Part shown: positions 29,361 to 35,394 of the stretch, one piece after another
Numbering within the stretch: the stretch's first letter is position 1
Layout: each line of letters begins with the position of its first letter
Virus record (IMG/VR): IMGVR_UViG_2711768013_000020
Direction: 5' to 3' (one strand)
DNA: 35,394 bases
Origin: a virus
Taxonomy: Duplodnaviria > Heunggongvirae > Uroviricota > Caudoviricetes
Program-made: the position numbers and the translations under genes
Notes under the pieces: model-generated
Seen by the model: the letters and a program-made list of their open reading frames with translations, nothing else
The model's database searches: none
Told to the model about the DNA's origin: nothing

Positions 29361-29920
29361 GCGTTAGTTTCTCCACAGACACAAAACGCCACGACGCCCG
29401 GAGCTGCACACTCGCGGGCGTCACTCTTTTCTGGAGCGCAAAAGATTTTGTAGACCAGTGCTGCATGCTCCTGGAGCTTCGAAATTGACAGATACAACTC
29501 ATCATTAATTGCTGTCTGCTCGTGTGGCTCCACTACCCCATCTTCGATTGCCGAACGAATCTGCTTTGAGTAACTCCCGATCTGTTCGATGACTTCCAGC
29601 AGGCGCTGGTTTATATCGGCGTTCTCTACTTCCTCAATTTCAGGAAGCGATACAAACACCCCACCAGCAGACTGTGCGACAGCATCCGCAATGTAGTGAG
29701 TGCCAGCCGCGCGCTGTAAAATCATTGCCCATCCCAGCGGGAAAATCTGATCGCCATCTGCACGAAGGCGGTTGAATAAAGCGTTCTCTGTTACATCCAG
29801 CCACTCAGCAGCTTCAGCGTAACCCCCCGGCAACGCCGCGATAGTTTTTCTGACAGCTTTCACGTACCACTCAGGCTGTTTTTCTACTTTCCAGTGATGC
29901 TTACCCACGGTTAGCCTCAT
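29357..29920 (-). CDS. YdaT-family protein, probable cII functional analogue
   Basis: 187 aa directly downstream of a YdaS-type cro; assignment by position and family resemblance. Confidence 0.55.
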   Translation of the reverse strand: MRLTVGKHHWKVEKQPEWYVKAVRKTIAALPGGYAEAAEWLDVTENALFNRLRADGDQIFPLGWAMILQRAAGTHYIADAVAQSAGGVFVSLPEIEEVENADINQRLLEVIEQIGSYSKQIRSAIEDGVVEPHEQTAINDELYLSISKLQEHAALVYKIFCAPEKSDARECAAPGVVAFCVCGETNA

Positions 29921-29951
29921 CGTTCTGTGGTTAAAAATTGAAGGTGTTCTG

Positions 29952-30153
29952 TTAATCTTTCGGATAGATATCCGGTCTTAAGTCAGATTTCGTAATTGCA
30001 CCTGACGTGCATTGCTCAAGTTTTTTAGCCAGCACAAAACTGGCTTTTTTATAACCATTGAAAACCAGCCGTAAGTAGCCTGGTGTTGAGCCAACTTTTC
30101 CGGCCAACTCACCCTGCTGTTCTTTGGTTAAAGAGTCCCAATACGCTTTCATA
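29952..30153 (-). CDS. cro: Cro-like repressor (YdaS/Cro HTH family)
   Basis: 67 aa from ATG 30153 (MKAYWDSLTKEQQGELAGKVGSTPGYLRLVFNGYKKASFVLAKKLEQCTSGAITKSDLRPDIY), RBS GGAGGT; divergent from cI. Confidence 0.8.
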
Positions 30154-30242
30154 CAATATGTACCTCCGGTATACATATTACATGATTGAGATGAACCTTC
30201 AAGATACTTGTACCTTATCGGTACAAAGGTTTTAATTTCTTT
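30154..30242. promoter_or_regulatory. Right operator/promoter region (OR, PR) between cro and cI
   Basis: 19-bp palindrome TTGTACCTTATCGGTACAA at 30208-30226; second partial palindrome ATATGTACC..GGTATACATAT; minus-strand PR candidate TTGAAG - 16 nt - TAATAT. Confidence 0.6.
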
Positions 30243-30917
30243 ATGAAAACAGTCCATGACATCCGGCGGTCTAACGCCAGAAAACTGAGAGATGGTGTTG
30301 GCGGGAATTCTTCCTTTGCCACCATGATTGATCGCGAGCCAACCCAGACCAGCAGGTTTATGGGAGATGGTGCAACTAAAAATATCGGTGACAGCATGGC
30401 ACGGCACATCGAAAAATGTTTCGACCTGCCTGTCGGATGGCTTGATCAAGAACACCAGACAACGAACATCACAAAAAAACCTGACGTTTCAATCACTAAC
30501 AAACAAATAACGTTAGTCCCTGTCATATCATGGGTACAGGCCGGAGCATGGAAAGAAGTTGGCTATTCTGAGGTTGATTTGAGCACAGCAGAAACTTATC
30601 CCTGCCCTGTACCCTGTGGCGAAATGACTTATATCTTGCGGGTGATTGGTGATTCAATGATTGATGAGTACCGCCCGGGAGACATGATTTTTGTTGATCC
30701 TGAAGTCCCTGCCTGCCACGGTGACGACGTTATTGCATTGATGCACGATACAGGCGAAACCACCTTCAAGCGGTTGATAGAAGATGGAACACAGCGTTAT
30801 CTCAAAGCATTAAACCCAAACTGGCCTGAGCCTTACATTAAGATTAACGGTAATTGCTCTATAATTGGTACAGTGATTTTCTCAGGAAAACCAAGAAGAT
30901 ACATAATAAAGGCCTAA
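30243..30917 (+). CDS. cI: CI-type prophage repressor (HTH plus S24 LexA-like autopeptidase)
   Basis: 224 aa; candidate Ala-Gly cleavage site (WVQAGAW), serine motif VIGDSM and downstream lysine (ETTFKRL); no SD upstream. Confidence 0.85.
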   Translation: MKTVHDIRRSNARKLRDGVGGNSSFATMIDREPTQTSRFMGDGATKNIGDSMARHIEKCFDLPVGWLDQEHQTTNITKKPDVSITNKQITLVPVISWVQAGAWKEVGYSEVDLSTAETYPCPVPCGEMTYILRVIGDSMIDEYRPGDMIFVDPEVPACHGDDVIALMHDTGETTFKRLIEDGTQRYLKALNPNWPEPYIKINGNCSIIGTVIFSGKPRRYIIKA

Positions 30918-30930
30918 TCAATATTTATAA

Positions 30931-30951
30931 CCTGCTTCGGCAGGTTTTTTT
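30931..30951 (+). terminator. Intrinsic terminator after cI
   Basis: CCTGC-ttcg-GCAGG followed by TTTTTTT. Confidence 0.7.
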
Positions 30952-30955
30952 ATAC

Positions 30956-30984
30956 TTGACAATGTACCTTTGGGATACATAATG
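30956..30984 (+). promoter_or_regulatory. PL-like early-left promoter with overlapping operator-like dyad
   Basis: TTGACA (30956-30961) - 16 nt - CATAAT; spacer contains ATGTACCTTTGGGATACAT, related to the OR palindrome. Confidence 0.5.
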
Positions 30985-31467
30985 TATCTAAAAGAAACAC
31001 AGCACAGGCAAGATTAAACAAAATTTGGTTGTAACACGGCGTATGGCACATGCGTCGTTAGCGGTCTGGGGACGTTAAAGGGGACAATCCACTCCTTGCT
31101 CGGGCAAACAAACCAGGTAGCCGGAATGTGCAAGTCAATGATGATGCTGATAAGACGCCTAACCAGCGTGGCGATTCGGTTTGACGCCTGGGAAGAGACC
31201 AGGGTGCAACGATGAGGACATTTATGGAACCGCGACAAAGTGTGGTGCCGTAACTGGCTAAGTGCTCTCAGCGTTGTGGTGAATGCGCAGGCTGATGCGC
31301 GAAAGACATTGCAGCTAATGCGGAAAAGAGCTGTTCGGCGGGGCAATTAAACGCCCGTGAGAGTCTGAAATAACCGCAAGCCGGAGATCAGCACCGGTCA
31401 CCACAACAGCCACTGCTTTGGCGGTACCAGTTTGTACACTTGCTTCCGGCTGGTACCGCTCTTTTTA

Positions 31468-31554
31468 CAAAACAGAGAAGAGCATCACCGGACGACGGGC
31501 TCATAACCAAATCCATCCGGGCGGCTGCCACCGCAGGTGTTCTTCTCTGTTTTG
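31468..31554 (+). other. Perfect 14-bp inverted repeat (CAAAACAGAGAAGA / TCTTCTCTGTTTTG) enclosing a 59-nt structured segment in the early-left leader
   Basis: Read directly from the sequence; no U-run after the 3' arm. Confidence 0.45.
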
Positions 31555-31603
31555 TGGAGAAACCAACCGACCTTGCAGGGTCGATATGATTAGGAGCAGC
31601 AAA

Positions 31604-31966
31604 ATGGCTAGCGAACGCAGTACTGATGTGCAGGCATTTATTGGGGAGCTGGACGGCGGCGTATTTGAAACCAAAATCGGCGCAGTTCTCAGTGAAGTCG
31701 CTTCCGGTGTGATGAACACGAAAACCAAAGGTAAGGTCTCACTCAACCTGGAAATCGAACCATTTGATGAGAACCGTGTGAAAATCAAACACAAACTCTC
31801 ATATGTTCGCCCGACTAACCGCGGGAAAATTTCCGAAGAAGACACCACCGAAACGCCGATGTATGTCAATCGCGGTGGTCGCCTGACTATTCTGCAGGAA
31901 GACCAGGGACAATTACTGACTCTTGCCGGTGAACCTGACGGAAAACTCCGCGCAGCAGGTCATTAA
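31604..31966 (+). CDS. yfdP: YfdP-like prophage protein (120 aa)
   Basis: ATG 31604 with RBS AGGAG; length and adjacency to a 274-aa gene match the yfdP-yfdQ pair as I recall it from E. coli CPS-53 (not verified by alignment). Confidence 0.5.
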   Translation: MASERSTDVQAFIGELDGGVFETKIGAVLSEVASGVMNTKTKGKVSLNLEIEPFDENRVKIKHKLSYVRPTNRGKISEEDTTETPMYVNRGGRLTILQEDQGQLLTLAGEPDGKLRAAGH

Positions 31967-32031
31967 TATCGTTCTTAATTAACCGATTATTTATCTCATC
32001 ACTGAATATCTTTATATAGTGAGGACTTATT

Positions 32032-32856
32032 ATGTCTCAGAACTTAGACGCAACCGCAATTAATCAAATCCATGCCCTTATTTCTGCTCAGGGTGTTAAT
32101 GAAATTATCAGTAAGATTGGTGCCGATGCTGTGGCATTGCCTGAGAATTTCCGCATTCATGATCTGGAAAAATTAAATTTAAATCGTTTCCGTTTCCGTG
32201 GTGCGCTTTCCACTGCCAGCATCGATGACTTTACTCGTTATTCTAAAGATCTTGCAGATGAAGGCACCCGCTGCTTTATCGATGCTGATAATATGCGTGC
32301 CGTCAGTGTTCTTAACCTGGGTACTATTGATGAACCAGGTCACGCAGATAACACCGCCACTCTCAAACTGAAAAAGACAGCTCCGTTCTCTGCTCTGTTG
32401 TCTGTTAATGGCGAGCGTAACTCCCAGAAGTCACTGGCAGAATGGATTGAAGACTGGGCCGACTACCTTGTGGGCTTTGATGCTAATGGTGACGCCATTC
32501 AGGCAACCAAAGCGGCTGCGGCGATCCGTAAAATCACAATTGAAGCGAACCAGACCGCTGATTTTGAAGATAATGACTTCAGCGGCAAACGCTCCCTGAT
32601 GGAGTCTGTCGAAGCGAAGACCAAAGACATTATGCCAGTGGCATTTGAATTTAAATGCGTTCCGTTTGAAGGTCTGAAAGAACGTCCGTTTAAATTACGC
32701 CTCAGCATTATCACTGGCGATCGTCCTGTACTGGTTCTGCGCATTATTCAGCTGGAAGCGGTACAGGAAGAAATGGCTAACGAATTTCGTGATCTGCTTG
32801 TTGAGAAATTCAAAGACAGCAAAGTAGAAACCTTTATTGGTACTTTCACCGCCTGA
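32032..32856 (+). CDS. yfdQ: YfdQ-like (DUF2303-family) prophage protein (274 aa)
   Basis: ATG 32032 with RBS GAGGA; length and context as above; identity from memory, not alignment. Confidence 0.5.
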   Translation: MSQNLDATAINQIHALISAQGVNEIISKIGADAVALPENFRIHDLEKLNLNRFRFRGALSTASIDDFTRYSKDLADEGTRCFIDADNMRAVSVLNLGTIDEPGHADNTATLKLKKTAPFSALLSVNGERNSQKSLAEWIEDWADYLVGFDANGDAIQATKAAAAIRKITIEANQTADFEDNDFSGKRSLMESVEAKTKDIMPVAFEFKCVPFEGLKERPFKLRLSIITGDRPVLVLRIIQLEAVQEEMANEFRDLLVEKFKDSKVETFIGTFTA

Positions 32857-32868
32857 TTTCATTACTGC

Positions 32869-32890
32869 AAATGCCCCTGCGGGGGCATTT
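32869..32890 (+). terminator. Strong hairpin after the yfdQ-like gene (possible terminator; no clear U-run)
   Basis: AAATGCCCC-tgcg-GGGGCATTT, 9-bp perfect stem. Confidence 0.4.
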
Positions 32891-33032
32891 ACGGAAGCGA
32901 TAATTTTAACTATTGCCGCCCCTATAAAGAACCATTAAACAATAACGTGACGTAGCTATTGATAGTAAATGAAGCACTTGCAAAATAATTGCATTGCGTA
33001 TATATACACACATGTGTTGTATTACAGCGATA

Positions 33033-33827
33033 ATGGTAAAGCAAATGATTAACTCTGAAGCAATTGAGCAACTAATGTGGCTATGGTCCTTATTTGACAT
33101 TAAATTCTTATCTATTCTTGCCGCTGCCTTCACTATATATTTTGGCGTGCAAAAAATATCAAAAAAGGTGACAGTGTCGTATTCAGCAAATGCAAGTAGA
33201 ATATATGACATGCATATATCAACCATAATCCTGAATAATAAAAGAGATAATGCAATTGCTATATCTTCAATCAATATGGAGGTTGAAGGTAAAGGGATAC
33301 TACAAGTTATTAAATTTGACTCCCCTCTTCTTTTAAAGAACTATGATTCTTTAAAAGTTGAACCACCAAAATTTAGCAGCCTTTACAATAATGATGGCGT
33401 AGTTAAGTTAGATATTTCTGATAAGTTTCATTTTTATATAATCACGACATCTGGAGATGAAATTAAATGTATTTCTGAAAATAAATATGTAGCACCAAAC
33501 ATGGAAAACAAAATAGCTACAGACATAAGAAAATTTAATGGCATTGTCTTAACAAACAGAATGTCTTATATTTTTTTCTATGCAAATGACAACGGAGAGA
33601 AATACTGCATAATAGATGTTTCATTGTTCATAAATGGTGACAACCCATTTCATTTTAATTTTTTAAAAGAAGATGAATTAAGAGATTTTTCTAGCATCCT
33701 TATTAGTTACGGATATCACCAACAGTTTAAAAGTTATGCATTGTTTAAAATAGACAACCATCTTGCTCCTTCTTTGGTTTTAAATAAATCAATGATAGAA
33801 AATAATATTATTGAAATGAATAAGTAA
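33033..33827 (+). CDS. AT-rich membrane-anchored protein of unknown function (start ambiguous: 33012, 33033 or 33045)
   Basis: Predicted N-terminal transmembrane helix LMWLWSLFDIKFLSILAAAFTIYFGV then a roughly 230-aa domain; GC content far below the flanking prophage genes; no SD. Confidence 0.55.
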   Translation: MVKQMINSEAIEQLMWLWSLFDIKFLSILAAAFTIYFGVQKISKKVTVSYSANASRIYDMHISTIILNNKRDNAIAISSINMEVEGKGILQVIKFDSPLLLKNYDSLKVEPPKFSSLYNNDGVVKLDISDKFHFYIITTSGDEIKCISENKYVAPNMENKIATDIRKFNGIVLTNRMSYIFFYANDNGEKYCIIDVSLFINGDNPFHFNFLKEDELRDFSSILISYGYHQQFKSYALFKIDNHLAPSLVLNKSMIENNIIEMNK

Positions 33828-33863
33828 CTCACCGGGTGCAGCCGGTTATGATGGAGAAATGAT

Positions 33864-34145
33864 ATGAATACCTTGTTTTTACTGATGGCTGAATTCAATA
33901 CCCCAAACATTGAACTCTCAGCAGTTAGTCAAAAATACTTTGGTATGAGTCCAGCCACAGCAGAAGCAAAAGCAAACGCTTGTAAGTTGCCTGTACCTAC
34001 ATATCGCATCGGTACATCACAAAAAGCAAAACGTTGCATCAATATTCAGGATCTTGCGGAATACATAGACAAAAGACGAGAAGAAGGACGTATCGAGTGG
34101 GAACAGGTCAGAACAGGCAAACAGAAGGGCAAAGAACATCACTAA
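33864..34145 (+). CDS. PrtN-family (pyocin-activator-like) small DNA-binding protein
   Basis: 93 aa, RBS GGAGAAA, MNTLFLLMAEFNTPNIELSAVSQKYFGMSPATAEAKANACKLPVPTYRIGTSQKAKRCI. Confidence 0.65.
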   Translation: MNTLFLLMAEFNTPNIELSAVSQKYFGMSPATAEAKANACKLPVPTYRIGTSQKAKRCINIQDLAEYIDKRREEGRIEWEQVRTGKQKGKEHH

Positions 34146-34174
34146 AGAAAAAACCCGCCTAAAGGCGGGTTTTC
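34144..34174. terminator. Convergent terminator shared by the plus-strand early-left genes and the minus-strand Panacea operon
   Basis: AAAAACCCGCC-taaa-GGCGGGTTTT: 7-bp GC stem with A/T runs on both sides. Confidence 0.65.
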
Positions 34175-34192
34175 AAAAAGCACCAGCTATGA

Positions 34193-34366
34193 TCATGCTG
34201 CTTTGCGACGACGAAGCTTACCCTGCTGCTCTTTACCAGAGACAGTAGCGTGAGTGAACGCATTAGGAGCAGCCTTCATCAGAACTTCAACAGCAGCACC
34301 CATACCTGCGAATGCTTTCATTGTGTCGAACTTAACCTGTGGCTTGGTTGCTTTTTGATCTTCCAT
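34193..34366 (-). CDS. Hypothetical small basic protein (57 aa), last gene of the Panacea operon
   Basis: ATG 34366 with GGAG 8 nt upstream; MEDQKATKPQVKFDTMKAFAGMGAAVEVLMKAAPNAFTHATVSGKEQQGKLRRRKAA; not in the ORF track (under 60 aa). Confidence 0.35.
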   Translation of the reverse strand: MEDQKATKPQVKFDTMKAFAGMGAAVEVLMKAAPNAFTHATVSGKEQQGKLRRRKAA

Positions 34367-34405
34367 AGAAAACTCCAGAAGCTATACCGAAACAATTCCT
34401 GTTGT

Positions 34406-34825
34406 TTACTCATCATCAATAGATGATACGCAATATTTATTTTTAAATTTAAGGTTCTTTGGCGTAACTTCATCAGATATATCAAAACCGTCCAGAATTC
34501 TATTGAATGTAGCTTCTGGCATATCATCATGAACGGAAATCTCACCCGATCGCTGCTTTCTAACCATGTTATCCACTCGCCAAATTATAGCTTCAGCGTA
34601 AACAACATAACTTGGATGCTTGATAAAGCGATGATCACCAGAATTCAAGACGCAAGACGGATCGTGGGGGACACCATCCTTGATACTAGAAATATTAACA
34701 ACTAAAACACAATAACAATCGTTAACGGGGTAATAAACAGGATCATTACAAATCACATGAAGATGATTGCATGGCCCAGTTGGGGCAAGCACAGTTCCTT
34801 TCCTGTATGGCTGATAATCCGTCAT
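34406..34825 (-). CDS. Hypothetical protein (139 aa), candidate toxin/effector partner of the Panacea-domain protein
   Basis: Start overlaps the upstream stop (ATGA); no recognised family. Confidence 0.6.
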   Translation of the reverse strand: MTDYQPYRKGTVLAPTGPCNHLHVICNDPVYYPVNDCYCVLVVNISSIKDGVPHDPSCVLNSGDHRFIKHPSYVVYAEAIIWRVDNMVRKQRSGEISVHDDMPEATFNRILDGFDISDEVTPKNLKFKNKYCVSSIDDE

Positions 34826-35394
34826 GATAATTGCAAAGAAAATTCCTTAAGTTTCTGAGATTCTTCCATTTTGCCAATTATACGATTAGCCTCATCCTCG
34901 CTTTTACCCTCACTGATCAGCATTTCTTTCAGGTCTATAGGCTTACGAGAATTGCCAGGATTGTGCCACTCTGGACAAACGCTTTCTAAATGCGTCATGT
35001 TTGCGAGATCAAATCGGTTCATATGCCCATACAGAGAATAGATTTCATCTAAAATCCGGATATCTGCACGGCTCAACTCATCAAAGACCTCGTCTGCATC
35101 CATTTCCCTCGGATCTGAACGCAACAACACATCATGCCCGTTCGTCTCTATCAGGTTGTACCAGTAGTCACCAATACCTTCAGCCTTACCACGAATCAAG
35201 TTCAGCGTATTCGACATGACTGGACCAAATTTCATAGAGTAAAGGCTATCTTCGCCGATCATCCTGCCATGCTTCAAAATCGACTTGCGGTTAGACAGAT
35301 AGAGCAGCTTCATCAATTTCAGATATGCCATGCGCCCACCTCGCTTAAGAAGTAGGTATGCAGCCATTTGAGCTACTTTTTCTTCGCAAAACAT
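34822..35394 (-). CDS. Panacea-domain (DUF4065, SocA/GepA-like) protein, candidate antitoxin; start coincides with the window edge
   Basis: MAAYLLLKRGGRMAYLKLMKLLYLSNRKSILKHGRMIGEDSLYSMKFGPVMSN matches the Panacea N-terminal signature (LKLqKLLYyaq ... GPV). Confidence 0.7.
   Translation of the reverse strand: MFCEEKVAQMAAYLLLKRGGRMAYLKLMKLLYLSNRKSILKHGRMIGEDSLYSMKFGPVMSNTLNLIRGKAEGIGDYWYNLIETNGHDVLLRSDPREMDADEVFDELSRADIRILDEIYSLYGHMNRFDLANMTHLESVCPEWHNPGNSRKPIDLKEMLISEGKSEDEANRIIGKMEESQKLKEFSLQLS

Larger units (their letters stand above)
1..35394. mobile_element. Lambdoid prophage segment (immunity, replication, nin, Q, lysis, cos, head, tail); neither end of the element is in the window
   Basis: Lambda-type gene order and recognisable lambda homologues (J, I, L, M, H, V, U, Z, Rz/Rz1, Q, cI/cro) read from the translations. 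Confidence 0.9.

Noticed and set aside
29952-30455. 167-aa extension of the cro ORF running across the operator region and the cI start
   Set aside because: Only the last 67 codons (from ATG 30153, with a GGAGGT RBS) look like a Cro HTH; the upstream part would read through OR and overlap cI.
31014-31346. 110-aa minus-strand ORF in the early-left leader
   Set aside because: Cys/Arg/His-rich translation, no RBS, antisense to the PL transcript.
32906-33274. 122-aa minus-strand ORF overlapping the AT-rich membrane-protein gene
   Set aside because: An AT-rich composition artefact; the longer plus-strand ORF with its N-terminal TM helix is preferred.
1-35394. CRISPR arrays, integrase and att sites
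   Set aside because: No regularly spaced direct repeats of CRISPR type; no tyrosine or serine recombinase ORF; the window ends inside the prophage on both sides, so the integration module lies outside it.

Overview
The window is one contiguous stretch of a lambdoid (lambda-like) enterobacterial prophage, in inverted orientation relative to the usual lambda map. Nearly all genes are on the minus strand. Reading from high to low coordinates: a Panacea-domain cargo operon (34193-35394); a plus-strand early-left block (cI repressor, PL-like promoter, yfdP/yfdQ-like genes, an AT-rich membrane protein, PrtN-like regulator); cro and a YdaT-like cII analogue; a replication initiator with internal iterons; a nin-like region (PerC-like regulator, Dam-like methyltransferase, LexA-DNA-binding-domain protein, RusA, KilA-N, HNH-like protein); antiterminator Q; a lipoprotein moron; a second DNA methyltransferase; the lysis cassette (pinholin fragment, endolysin, Rz/Rz1); cos; a head module (Nu1-like and GpA-like terminase, W-like, portal, ClpP-type protease fused to major capsid); and a lambda-type tail module (Z, U, V, G/T, H, M, L, K, I, J) ending in a partial lom. 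Three N runs (312-332, 5324-5573, 20551-20560) are assembly gaps that interrupt J/lom, L and the holin. I found no integrase, att site, tRNA, rRNA, CRISPR array or N-type antiterminator. The best candidates for an undescribed system are the Panacea-led three-gene operon, the AT-rich membrane protein at 33033-33827, and two uncharacterised genes wedged between the cII analogue and the replication initiator. All family assignments are from reading the translations and recalled family motifs; no database search was run.
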